Below are positions 37,654 through 47,456 of a stretch of 64,000 nucleotides of DNA, in pieces. The DNA comes from an uncultured Candidatus Soleaferrea sp. (GTDB taxonomy: Bacteria; Bacillota; Clostridia; Oscillospirales; Ruminococcaceae): positions 26,785 to 90,784 of the forward strand of contig CAKTAG010000001.1 of assembly GCA_934527325.1 (NCBI GenBank). Direction: 5' to 3'. The first letter of the stretch is position 1; every line of letters starts with the position of its first letter. The notes below the pieces were generated by a model. It saw only the letters and a program-made list of their open reading frames with translations. It did no database searches and was not told the DNA's origin. Made by a program: the position numbers and the translations under genes.

Positions 37654-39687
37654 TTGTATGAATGTATAAAAGATCTGAAATATGTTGGTGAAAAAAGAGC
37701 TAAATTGTATCATAAATTAAATATTTATACGGTTAAAGATTTAGTTTATCATTGCCCTCGTTCGTATGTAGATTTATCTAAAATATTTTACATAGTGGAT
37801 GCACCTGTAGATGAATATGTAGCTATAAAAGTTACTATTGTAAGTAAACAGCCACCATTTATAACTTATAAAAGGGGATTAGTTGTTTATAAAATTTTTG
37901 CAAAAGATGCAACAGCAGGGATTATTTTAACGTTTTTTAATGAACCATATACTTTTAACAATATTAATATTGGTGATGAATATATCTTATATGGAAAAAT
38001 AAATAAAAATAATTTTGATTCCAAATATCAATTTGAAATATCTTCTCCTTTAATTGAAAAAGCAAATAAGGGCAATAAGCTTATTCCTGTATATCCACTT
38101 ACAGCTGGTTTGACTTCTAAAATAATTAAAAAAAACATTTTAGATGCTTTAAAAATTCCAGGTTTAACTGATGAATACCTTGCAGATTGGATTTTAAAAA
38201 AGGCTGACATAATAAACTTAAAGTTAGCGTTAAATTACATCCATTCACCTAATAGTATGGCTGATGTATTGAAAGCTAGAAAAAGAATTGTTTTTGATGA
38301 ACTTTTGCTTTTTAGTTTAAGTTTAATTTCTATAAAAAAAAAGAATTTGCAAAAAACACCTTTTGTTATTCAAGATGTAGATATGAATGATTTTTACAAA
38401 AAACTTCCATTTGAATTAACAAAGGCTCAATATAAAGTTATTGATGAAATTATTAATGATATGAAAAAATCTGTACCAATGAATAGGTTGTTGCAAGGTG
38501 ATGTTGGTTCTGGAAAAACTATTGTGGCAGTAGCTGCTATTTATTTGGTATGTAAAAATAATGCACAAGTTGCATTTATGGCTCCTACAGAAATATTAGC
38601 AATTCAGCACTTTAATTCTGTTAGTAAAATAATATCTAGTTTTGGGTTAAAAGTAGGATTGCTAATTGGTTCTGTTGCAGCAAAACAAAAAAATAAAATA
38701 AAAACAGAAATAGAACAAGGAAAAATCGATGTAATTGTTGGTACTCACGCTATTTTACAAGATACAGTTATTTTTAAAAATTTAGGGTTGGTAATAACAG
38801 ATGAACAACATAGATTTGGTGTTAAGCAAAGAAGTAAATTAAGCGAAAAAGGCAAAAATCCGCATCAATTAGTTATGTCTGCTACTCCTATTCCTAGAAC
38901 ATTATCTTTGATAATTTATGGCGATTTAGATATTTCTATAATAGATCAATTGCCTTTAAATAGAAAACCAATTTTAACGTATTTTGTGAATAGCTCTAAA
39001 AGGTTAAGAGTTTACAGTTTTTTGAAAAAATTTATAGATAAGGGTAGACAAGCTTATATAGTTTGCCCTGCAATAGAACAAAATGAAAAATTAAATTTAA
39101 AGTCTGTTATAGAGTATGGTGAACGTTTGAAAGAAAAAGACTTTAAAGATTATAGGGTAGCTATTATTCATGGTAAAACTAAACCAGATGAAAAAGATAA
39201 TATAATGGCGAATTTTAAAAATGGCAATATTGATTTATTAGTCTCTACAACTGTTATAGAGGTAGGAATAGATGTTCCAAACGCAGTAGTGATGGTTATA
39301 GAAGATGCTGATAGATTTGGATTATCACAGCTTCATCAGTTAAGGGGGCGTGTAGGAAGAGGAATAGAGCAATCTTATTGCATATTAATTTCTGATACAA
39401 AGGCAGTAGAGGCTGTTAATAAATTAAAAATGATTTCTAAAACTTATGATGGATTTAAAATTTCTGAATATGATTTGGAATTGAGAGGTCCAGGTGATTT
39501 TTTTGGTGAACGCCAGCATGGGTTGCCAAATTTTAAGTATTTTGATATGATTAAAGATATAAAATTACTAAAGCTCTCTCAAGATGTTGCAATTGATATT
39601 TTAAAAAATGATTTATATTTAGAAAAAGCAGAAAATAAACATCTAAAAGAACTGGTAAAAAATATGACAAAAAATATAAGCTTTTAA
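37654..39687 (+). CDS. recG: ATP-dependent DNA helicase RecG
   Basis: Helicase motifs GDVGSGKT, DEQHRFG and QLRGRVGRG, with a wedge-domain N-terminus. Confidence 0.92.
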   Translation: MYECIKDLKYVGEKRAKLYHKLNIYTVKDLVYHCPRSYVDLSKIFYIVDAPVDEYVAIKVTIVSKQPPFITYKRGLVVYKIFAKDATAGIILTFFNEPYTFNNINIGDEYILYGKINKNNFDSKYQFEISSPLIEKANKGNKLIPVYPLTAGLTSKIIKKNILDALKIPGLTDEYLADWILKKADIINLKLALNYIHSPNSMADVLKARKRIVFDELLLFSLSLISIKKKNLQKTPFVIQDVDMNDFYKKLPFELTKAQYKVIDEIINDMKKSVPMNRLLQGDVGSGKTIVAVAAIYLVCKNNAQVAFMAPTEILAIQHFNSVSKIISSFGLKVGLLIGSVAAKQKNKIKTEIEQGKIDVIVGTHAILQDTVIFKNLGLVITDEQHRFGVKQRSKLSEKGKNPHQLVMSATPIPRTLSLIIYGDLDISIIDQLPLNRKPILTYFVNSSKRLRVYSFLKKFIDKGRQAYIVCPAIEQNEKLNLKSVIEYGERLKEKDFKDYRVAIIHGKTKPDEKDNIMANFKNGNIDLLVSTTVIEVGIDVPNAVVMVIEDADRFGLSQLHQLRGRVGRGIEQSYCILISDTKAVEAVNKLKMISKTYDGFKISEYDLELRGPGDFFGERQHGLPNFKYFDMIKDIKLLKLSQDVAIDILKNDLYLEKAENKHLKELVKNMTKNISF

Positions 39688-39719
39688 AAAAGAAAAAGAA
39701 AAGGTGGGAATGTTTGGTT

Positions 39720-40898
39720 ATGAATATAATAAAAAAAATAAGTTCTATAATTGTTGTAAGTTGTATTTTAATGGGTTTAGTTAGTTGTAGTAATGTTGAT
39801 ACTTCGTGGATTGCAGAATATAATGGTGAAAAAATGGCTGTTGGAGTTTATATTCAATGTTTGATAGAAGAATATAGCCAGTTATACATAAAAGATTTGA
39901 TGGGTAAAATGACTAACCCAGAGAAAAAATCTGATAAAAAATCTAAAATAGGTGATAGCAAAGAAGAAGCTTTGGATAAAGAAAAAAAGGTAAGCATATT
40001 AAAGAAAATAATAGATGGAAAAACTGGAACAGATTGGATAATTGATAATGCTAAAGAAAAAATTGGTGAAAACATTGCTATAGATAATAAATTTAAAGAA
40101 ATGAATTTAAAGTTAGATGAGGAAAAAGTAGATTATATAGAGCATAATTTAATAAAAGAATGGGATGCCTTAAATGAGCAACAACAGTATGAAAAAAAAG
40201 GTATTTCAAGGGATTCGGTGTTGAAAACATTAATTACACATATGAAAAAGCAAAAAATATTTGATGCCTACTACTCAGAAGGTGGTTTAAAAGAAGTTAC
40301 CAATGAGCAAATCAAAAAGTATTTAAAAGAAAATTATAATAAAGTAAAATATTTTTCGTTTGAGTTATATGATTTAAATGATGATGAAAAATCTAAAAAA
40401 GAAAAACTTTATGATGAATTTTTAAAGCGGGCAGAATCTGGTGAAGATATTGATTTGTTAATTGAAGAATTTGATAAAAAAGAGTATGCTTCAAATGATG
40501 ATAGTGGTAAAACAGAAGATACCCAAAAATCAGATGATGAAAGTGGTTATGACCATACTACAGATGAAGAAGATGAAACAATAGCTATTTACAAAAAAGA
40601 TGGTAGCGGGGAGTTTACAAAAGATATTCAAGAAGCTATTGATGAAGCAGATATGGATAAAGTAGAGGGTTATAAAGGTAAAGATGAACTGATAATATTT
40701 ATAAAAAAAGATCCTGCAGATAGTAAGGAATATATTGAAAAAAATAAAAACAATTTAATAAGTGAAATGAAAAGTAAAGAGTTTGAAGAAGAGGTAAAAA
40801 CTTGGGTAGATGTTAGCAAAATAAAATATAACGAAGATGCAATTAATAAATATACACCTAAAAAATTAGGATTAGATAAAAAAAATAATAAGAAATAA
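39720..40898 (+). CDS. Lipoprotein, hypothetical (SurA-N/PrsA-like N-region, acidic central tract, no parvulin motif seen)
   Basis: Lipobox LMGLVSC|SN, and a Lys/Glu/Asp-rich sequence. Confidence 0.6.
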   Translation: MNIIKKISSIIVVSCILMGLVSCSNVDTSWIAEYNGEKMAVGVYIQCLIEEYSQLYIKDLMGKMTNPEKKSDKKSKIGDSKEEALDKEKKVSILKKIIDGKTGTDWIIDNAKEKIGENIAIDNKFKEMNLKLDEEKVDYIEHNLIKEWDALNEQQQYEKKGISRDSVLKTLITHMKKQKIFDAYYSEGGLKEVTNEQIKKYLKENYNKVKYFSFELYDLNDDEKSKKEKLYDEFLKRAESGEDIDLLIEEFDKKEYASNDDSGKTEDTQKSDDESGYDHTTDEEDETIAIYKKDGSGEFTKDIQEAIDEADMDKVEGYKGKDELIIFIKKDPADSKEYIEKNKNNLISEMKSKEFEEEVKTWVDVSKIKYNEDAINKYTPKKLGLDKKNNKK

Positions 40899-40970
40899 TA
40901 TTAACTATTAACCGTCGCGTATAATGTGGCGGTTATTAGTTATTTATGTAATACAAGGAGATATAAATTT

Positions 40971-42128
40971 ATGAATAAAAATCTTACTCCATTTGAAGAG
41001 ATAAGAAGAAAGAGAGCAAAAAAAAAATTATTAAAAAAAACAGTTTCTATAAGTTTATTATCTCTGGTACTTATGTTTGTATTTTATGCATATAAAAATA
41101 ATTATTATGTTAAGTTTATAAATAGTATAGATGGAATATTTACAGTTTTAAAAAAAGGTTCTGGGTACCCAATTGAAATTAATGCAACAGCTATAAAAAG
41201 TAAGTCTAAAATAGGAAACGAACTATTAATATTAGATGAAGATATAGTATATATTTTTAATAGATATGGTTATAAAACATTATATGCCAAACATGGACTT
41301 AATAACCCTAGAGTTATTTCTAATAATAATAAGTCTGTTATTTTTGAACAATTGGGGAAGAAGTTACAAATATATTCTAAAACATATAAATTATTTGAAA
41401 AAGAATTGAATACACCTATTTATAATATGGCAATATCTAATAGTGGAAAAATAGCTGTAATTAGAGGCTCAAATAGATTTTTGTCTACTATAGAAATTTG
41501 GAATGAACTTTATGAAAATATATTTACATGGAATTCGGCAGAAAAATATGTTACATCTGTAGCTTTTTCACCTAATAATAAAGACTTTGTTGCTGCTGCT
41601 ATAGAAACACAGGGGGTAGAATATATATCAACTATTAATTTTTTTAATATTAATAGAGATGAAAAAATTGCTGTGGCAGAATTAAAAAATGAAATGATAA
41701 TTTCCATAAAATATGAAAATAATAATGTATATGTTATTAGTGATAAAAATGCATATATATTTAATAATAAAGCAAAATTAAAATATCAATATGCATATAA
41801 TGGTAAAGTGCTAAATACGTATAATAATGATTTACATAAATATATGGTTCTAATTTTTGATAACTACAATTGGTTAGAAAATAATAATTTAGTAGTATTA
41901 GACTATATGGCTAAACCAATTGGTGAATGCAAAGTAAAAGGTAAAATAAAAGATATTGATTCAATAGATAGAAGAATATGTTTATTAACAGATGAAAGTG
42001 TAAAAGTGTTTGATTTAACGGCAAAAATGATTGGAACCTATAATGTTAGTAATGATATAAATAATATAATATGTACACCGAATAGGTTATATAAACTGAA
42101 TATATCTGAGATTGATATTGTAAAATAA
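40971..42128 (+). CDS. N-terminally anchored hypothetical protein (beta-propeller-like repeats)
   Basis: The AAGGAG SD favours ATG 40971. A basic stretch is followed by one TM segment, then repetitive beta-rich sequence. Confidence 0.6.
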   Translation: MNKNLTPFEEIRRKRAKKKLLKKTVSISLLSLVLMFVFYAYKNNYYVKFINSIDGIFTVLKKGSGYPIEINATAIKSKSKIGNELLILDEDIVYIFNRYGYKTLYAKHGLNNPRVISNNNKSVIFEQLGKKLQIYSKTYKLFEKELNTPIYNMAISNSGKIAVIRGSNRFLSTIEIWNELYENIFTWNSAEKYVTSVAFSPNNKDFVAAAIETQGVEYISTINFFNINRDEKIAVAELKNEMIISIKYENNNVYVISDKNAYIFNNKAKLKYQYAYNGKVLNTYNNDLHKYMVLIFDNYNWLENNNLVVLDYMAKPIGECKVKGKIKDIDSIDRRICLLTDESVKVFDLTAKMIGTYNVSNDINNIICTPNRLYKLNISEIDIVK

Positions 42129-42185
42129 AATTTGTATTTACATATACATTTTGTAATGCTACAATTAACTTAAAGGGGAGTTATT

Positions 42186-42773
42186 TTGTTTATGATTAAA
42201 ATAGAAACGGTAGATAATGTAATTTGGGATAGAATATCAGTTATTAAAATAACTAAATATCCGTTTGAACAAAAAGCATTTAAACCATTTGCACAAGCTA
42301 GGTTATGTTATAAACGTGGCAATGGTTTAATAGTTAAAATGTTGGCTTTTGAAGTTGCACCTCCTTTAAGAATTTGTGTTAATGGTGATTTAGAAATATA
42401 CAAAGATAGTGTTTTATCTGTAGTTTTAGGTGAAAATAATAGAAGCAACTTAACTGGAATAGCCATAACTTTTAATAAAAATGGGAATTATATTATACAA
42501 AAAATAGTTGATGAAAAAAAAGAAATTTTACAAGAAAAAATAAAAATAGATTCTTTTAGTGGTGAAGATTTACAAGGAATTTATTGGGGTGGTTGTTTTA
42601 TAATTCCCAATAATTTGTTAAAAAAATATTTAAATATAGATTTAGATAAAGAAAATATACTTAATTTGAATTTTATAAAAAGTTGTAGTAACAAACAGTA
42701 TTTTCATTGTGGAGGGTTTATTGCTGTAAAAGGTAGCTGGGTAAATAATTTATATGAATTTATTTTAAGTTAA
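42186..42773 (+). CDS. Hypothetical cytoplasmic protein (weak CBM9/DOMON-like impression only)
   Basis: A 195-aa ORF with an AAGGGGAG SD and no signal peptide. Confidence 0.5.
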   Translation: MFMIKIETVDNVIWDRISVIKITKYPFEQKAFKPFAQARLCYKRGNGLIVKMLAFEVAPPLRICVNGDLEIYKDSVLSVVLGENNRSNLTGIAITFNKNGNYIIQKIVDEKKEILQEKIKIDSFSGEDLQGIYWGGCFIIPNNLLKKYLNIDLDKENILNLNFIKSCSNKQYFHCGGFIAVKGSWVNNLYEFILS

Positions 42774-42798
42774 AATAAATAAAAAGGGGTAAAAAGCT

Positions 42799-44016
42799 TT
42801 GAAGTTAAAATGGAATAATAAATATATTACTGTTTCTATATATTCTTTATTGGTTATTTGTACAAGTATATTGTTTTATTTTTTTCTAAGTAATATTGGC
42901 AATATACTTGATGGCATAAGGCATATTATAAAAATTTTAAACCCAATAATATTAGGTTTATGTTTTGCTTATTTATTTAACCCATTATTAGACAACATAG
43001 AAAAATTTGTAAAAAAACATATAAAATTATTGAGTGAAAAAAAATATTGGTTAAGAGTAGTTTCTATGATAATTACTTATTTGTTTATAATTATTTTAAT
43101 AGTTTTATTTTTTTATATATTAATGCCGCAGTTGGCATCAACATTAAAATATATATTTGATAGTTTTCCAGAGTATATTAATAAATTAAAATTGAATATA
43201 AACGATATTTCTGATAAAAGTGACATTAGGTCAGTTTTTGTTAGTAAGGTGTTAAATTACACAGAGCAATTTTTTAGCCATACTTACGCTTTGTTAGGTA
43301 ACACTTTACCGCAAATATACGATATTGCAAAAAATATAACAGTTACTGTAATGAATACAGTAGTTGGTTTGGTAGTATCTGTTTATATATTGGCAAACAA
43401 AGAAATGTATTTTTTTCAAACAAGAAAATTTTTAAGAGCAACATGTTCAAAAAAAACAGTGAGTGTTATACTTGAAATGGTTAGATCTGTTCATATGGTT
43501 TTTAGCGGCTTTATTACTGGTAAAATGGTTAATTCTTTGGTGATAGGTGTAATATGTTTTATAGGTATGACGATATTTAAATTCCCTTTTTCGGTGCTTA
43601 TTAGTGCATTAGTAGGTGTAACTAATATTATACCTTATTTTGGACCTTTTATAGGTGCTATACCTAGTATATTATTAATAATGGTAGTAGATCCAATTAA
43701 AGGGTTGTTTTTTTCTATATTCATTTTAGTTTTACAACAATTTGATGGTAATTATTTAGGTCCTAAAATTTTAGGTGAAACTACAGGTTTATCTCCTTTT
43801 TGGGTAATTTTTTCTATAATACTTTTTGGTGGCTTGTTTGGCGTTATTGGTATGTTTGTAGGCGTTCCGATTTTTGCAATAATATATTCACTAATAAAGT
43901 GTTTTATAAATGAATTGTTAGATAGTAAATATAAAAAAGAAAAACATATTGAAGCAATATCTAGAGCTAAATTAGAAAGTAGTGTAAGTGACAGCAATAG
44001 GGGAGAGCATAAATAA
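42799..44016 (+). CDS. AI-2E family (PerM/YdiK-like) transporter
   Basis: A 405-aa polytopic protein with ...TNIIPYFGPFIGAIP.... Confidence 0.85.
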   Translation: MKLKWNNKYITVSIYSLLVICTSILFYFFLSNIGNILDGIRHIIKILNPIILGLCFAYLFNPLLDNIEKFVKKHIKLLSEKKYWLRVVSMIITYLFIIILIVLFFYILMPQLASTLKYIFDSFPEYINKLKLNINDISDKSDIRSVFVSKVLNYTEQFFSHTYALLGNTLPQIYDIAKNITVTVMNTVVGLVVSVYILANKEMYFFQTRKFLRATCSKKTVSVILEMVRSVHMVFSGFITGKMVNSLVIGVICFIGMTIFKFPFSVLISALVGVTNIIPYFGPFIGAIPSILLIMVVDPIKGLFFSIFILVLQQFDGNYLGPKILGETTGLSPFWVIFSIILFGGLFGVIGMFVGVPIFAIIYSLIKCFINELLDSKYKKEKHIEAISRAKLESSVSDSNRGEHK

Positions 44017-44795
44017 TGATAATTGTGGTGGATATTGGTAATACAAATATAAAATATGGTGTTTTTAAAAACAATAAGCTTGTAGCACAATTTAAACAAA
44101 GAACGTTTAATAATGCTACATCAGATGAGATAGGGTTATTTATATGTCAGTTTTTTTCTAATAATAATTTTTTAAAAAATGACGTAGATGATGTTATAAT
44201 ATCTAGTGTTGTGCCGCAAATTATGTTTTCGTTTAGCCATGCAATAAAAAAATATTTTAACATAGAGCCTATAATAATAGGCAAAAATTTAAAGTATGAT
44301 TTTTCATATATTTCTAAAGAAAATATTTTTTCTGCAGCAGATAGGTTAGTTTGTTGTTACTATGCTTTTAAAAAATATAGAGGTCCGCTTGTTGTTGTTG
44401 ATTTTGGTACAGCTACAACGTTTGATGTGTTAGGTTACGATGGCAATTATTTAGGTGGTACAATTTGCCCGGGTGTTAGAATACTATCTGATGCATTAAC
44501 AGAAAAAACAGCACAGTTACCTAGGGTTGAAATAAAGTACCCAGAAACTGTTTGTGGAACTAATACTATAAATCAGATGCAAGCAGGAATATTGTATGGT
44601 TATATAGGTGCAGTAAAAAATATTTTAAATGAATTAAAAACACAAGTTTTATTTAATAAAAAAGTTAAAGTTATTGCTACAGGTGGTTTAGTATCTTTAA
44701 TAAATAAAGATGAGAAAATATTTGATATTGTAGATAAAACTTTAATACTTGATGGATTAAATAGTCTTTATAATGAACATAAAAATGTTGAATAA
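44016..44795 (+). CDS. coaX: Type III pantothenate kinase
   Basis: MIIVVDIGNTNIKYGVF and VDFGTATTFD. Confidence 0.92.
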   Translation: MIIVVDIGNTNIKYGVFKNNKLVAQFKQRTFNNATSDEIGLFICQFFSNNNFLKNDVDDVIISSVVPQIMFSFSHAIKKYFNIEPIIIGKNLKYDFSYISKENIFSAADRLVCCYYAFKKYRGPLVVVDFGTATTFDVLGYDGNYLGGTICPGVRILSDALTEKTAQLPRVEIKYPETVCGTNTINQMQAGILYGYIGAVKNILNELKTQVLFNKKVKVIATGGLVSLINKDEKIFDIVDKTLILDGLNSLYNEHKNVE

Positions 44796-44816
44796 TGATG
44801 TATAGGAGAAACCAGG

Positions 44817-45590
44817 ATGTTAAAAAAAATAATTTTTTTATCTGTGGTGTTTTTATTGTGTTTAACAGGTTGCAGTAATAAAGTAAAAACAGTTGCAGAT
44901 ATAAAAAGTAAAGGAGTTATTACTGTTATTACTAATGCAGTTTTTCCGCCTTTTGAATATTTTAAATTAGATGAAGTTAAGGGTATAGATGTAGATATAG
45001 CTAAAGAAGTAGCAAAGGATTTAGGTGTGGAACTTGAAATATTAGATATGAATTTTGATGGGGTTATTGCAGCTATTGCTTCTGGAAAGGGAGACTTTGC
45101 TGCTGCGGGAATTACGATAAATGAGAAAAGAAAAAAAGTAATTGATTTTTCACATGAATACATAACAGTTCCTCAAAGCTTAGTAACTATGGCAGATAGT
45201 AAAATTAATAATGTTAGTGATTTAAAAGGTAAAAATATAGGTACACAAATAGGAACAACATCAGATACATATATTGATAATGAAATTAAAGATGGTTTTT
45301 TAAAGGGTAGTGAAGCGCAAGTTGTTAAGCGAAAAGAATATTTAGATTTAGTAATAGACTTAAAAAATGGTAGATTGGATGTTATTGCTTTAGATGGATT
45401 GATAGCGAGAAAATTAGTTGAAAAAAATAGTAGATTAAAATTTTTTGATAGAGATAGTGAAAGTTATGTATTAGCAGTTAAAAAGGGAAATAACGAATTG
45501 TTAAAAGAAATAAATAAAACTATAGATAGATTACTTAAACAGGGTAAAATAATTGATTTTTATAACCAACATATTAACTTAAATAAATAG
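44817..45590 (+). CDS. Amino-acid ABC transporter substrate-binding lipoprotein (no adjacent permease or ATPase)
   Basis: Lipobox LTGC|SN and family-3 SBP motifs (FPPFEY, GIDVDIAKE). Confidence 0.85.
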   Translation: MLKKIIFLSVVFLLCLTGCSNKVKTVADIKSKGVITVITNAVFPPFEYFKLDEVKGIDVDIAKEVAKDLGVELEILDMNFDGVIAAIASGKGDFAAAGITINEKRKKVIDFSHEYITVPQSLVTMADSKINNVSDLKGKNIGTQIGTTSDTYIDNEIKDGFLKGSEAQVVKRKEYLDLVIDLKNGRLDVIALDGLIARKLVEKNSRLKFFDRDSESYVLAVKKGNNELLKEINKTIDRLLKQGKIIDFYNQHINLNK

Positions 45591-45610
45591 GCTGTAGAAA
45601 AATAGCAGTT

Positions 45611-45665
45611 CCCCCAATAAAAATACCACCTACATATAGCGGGTGGTATTTTTATTGGGGGTTTT
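45611..45665 (+). terminator. Terminator hairpin (20-bp perfect stem)
   Basis: CCCCCAATAAAAATACCACC (45611-45630) pairs with GGTGGTATTTTTATTGGGGG (45642-45661), followed by TTTT. Confidence 0.65.
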
Positions 45666-45839
45666 AGGTATGGTAATTGCTTACAAACTAAAAGAGATGA
45701 CGAAAAAATATGGTATGATGCAGAAAAAAGTAATTATAAAAAATATTGGTAGAACATAGTGGCATATGATATAAAGCTGTTATTTGCTATTTATTTTGTT
45801 CAATGTTGAAAAAAATAATAAATTTTATACAAATATATA

Positions 45840-45868
45840 TTGAAAAATAATTAATTGCATGCTATAAT
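45840..45868 (+). promoter_or_regulatory. Extended -10 promoter of LRR gene copy 1
   Basis: TTGAAA (45840-45845), a 17-nt spacer ending TGC, then TATAAT (45863-45868). Confidence 0.6.
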
Positions 45869-45961
45869 GTTGTTAACATAAAAAGTTTAAGGTTAGCAGA
45901 GTTGGTTAAAGAGCATATAGTGCAAAAAAGCCGTTAATTTTATTGTTGAGGGGTAAATAAA

Positions 45962-47321
45962 ATGAATAAGATAAATAAAGTAAATAAGATAAAAAGTATA
46001 AAAATAATTAACAAATTTGTAAAAATAACCCAATCGGGGGGGGGAACAGAGTAAATTAAGTAACAGTTTTTTTAAACTGTTATTTTTGTTAATTTTTTTT
46101 AATTTGCTTAACTTTGCTAGCTTTGGTGCAGATTTTCAAGATACAGCAAACGGGTTAGAGTATAATTTTAAAATAGATGATACTACTACTAATACTGGTA
46201 CTTTAACAATTTCTAAAGATGATGATGTCAGCGATGACAAAGTGCCTATAGATGACGACGGTATGCCTAAAAGAGAAGTAACTGAGGGTGGAGTAAATAG
46301 TGTTATTGATCGAAATAGATATGGTGAAAACACTACGGTAAAAACAGTAATAATATCAGAAGGTGTAACAAGTATAGGTCAGTATGCATTTTATAGTTGC
46401 GAGTCATTAAAAAATTTAACAATACCAAGTAGTGTAAAAACTATAGGTAATAATGCATTTAATCGTTGTACTTCATTAGAAAGTGCAATAATACCAAAAG
46501 GTGTAAAAAAAATAGGTAATGATGCATTTTTTGCATGTACAGCATTAACAAGTGCAACAATACCAAGTAGTGTAGAAACTATAGGTGATGCAGTATTTAG
46601 TTATTGTAAAAGTTTACCAGAAATAATAGTAGAAGAAGGAAATGCACAATATAAAGATATAGATGGTGTATTGTTTACCAAAGATGGAAAACAGTTAATA
46701 TGTTACCCTGCAGGTAAAGTGGATACGAGTTATATAATACCAAATAGCGTAGAAACTATAGGTGTAATGGCTTTTTATGAGTGTAAATTATTAACAAGTG
46801 TAACAATGCCAAATAGTGTAACAAAGATAGGTGAAGGTGCGTTTTGGTGTGGTGCTGTGCCAGATGTGTATTACATAGGAAGTGAAGTTGAGTGGAATAA
46901 GATAACAATTTATGAGTTCAACGAAGCAAGAATACATTACACTGGTGAAACGTTAACTGTAAAAAAAGTTTGGCAAGATAACAAAAATAGCAGTTTAAGA
47001 AGTAAACCAACGTTGGTATTGTATACAGTAACAAAAGATGAAAACGGAGATTCGAAATACAAAATAATGGGTGCAAATGAGTATAAACAATATAATTTTA
47101 CATATACAAATGATGTTCCAGTTAAGTTTGATGAGGATACTAAAAAAGTAACAGATGGCAATGGAGAAGATGTATGGTTATGTAAAATTACAATATTTTA
47201 CTATTATTTTGATGAAAATCATAACAAAAAAACACAACCTAATACATATGCAGTAAGCGAAGACCCAATGGAAGGCTACACATCTACTGCACCTACACCC
47301 AAATTAACAACTAAATCATAA
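45962..47321 (+). CDS. BspA-type LRR / CnaB-domain surface protein, frameshifted at a G9 tract (phase-variable, OFF as assembled)
   Basis: GAGGGG SD plus ATG 45962 reads MNKINKVNKIKSIKIINKFVKITQSGGGTE*. The main ORF 46086-47321 is in the +1 frame. It has LRR_5 repeats IPSSVKTIGNNAFNRCTSL and a C-terminal KKVWQDNKNSSLRSKP...YAVSEDPMEGYTS. Confidence 0.75.
46036..46044 (+). repeat. Poly-G tract (G9)
   Basis: Counted directly: c46035, g46036-g46044, a46045. Confidence 0.95.
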
Positions 47322-47391
47322 TTAACATTTGACCATCTACGTAAAGTTTTTGCTTTTTAGTAAGTCGATTGCATTAGAAAGAAAGGCAAGT

Positions 47392-47430
47392 AAAAAGGGC
47401 AGCCATTTATATTAATGGTTGCCCCTTTTT
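47392..47430. terminator. Bidirectional terminator between convergent genes
   Basis: AAAAAGGGCAGCCATT pairs with AATGGTTGCCCCTTTTT. Confidence 0.65.
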
Positions 47431-47456
47431 ACTAATCTAAATAATTGCTGTAATAA

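Larger units (their letters stand above)
45686..47370 (+). repeat. Segmental duplication, copy 1 (promoter + leader + poly-G LRR gene + 3' flank)
   Basis: Collinear with 61510-63105. Shared segments are AACTAAAAGAGATGACGAAA...GGTAGAACAT, the promoter, the leader, the signal-peptide region, the CnaB-like C-terminus and CTACGTAAAGTT.TTGCTTTTT.GTAA. Confidence 0.8.

Noticed and set aside
46086-46088. TTG 46086 (and TTG 61904) as genuine starts of intact LRR genes, which would make the poly-G tracts irrelevant.
   Set aside because: There is no SD upstream. The resulting protein would begin in the middle of a hydrophobic segment without the basic n-region, while a complete SD+ATG+n-region lies upstream in the other frame in both copies. 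A homopolymer assembly error remains the main alternative and is flagged in the findings.
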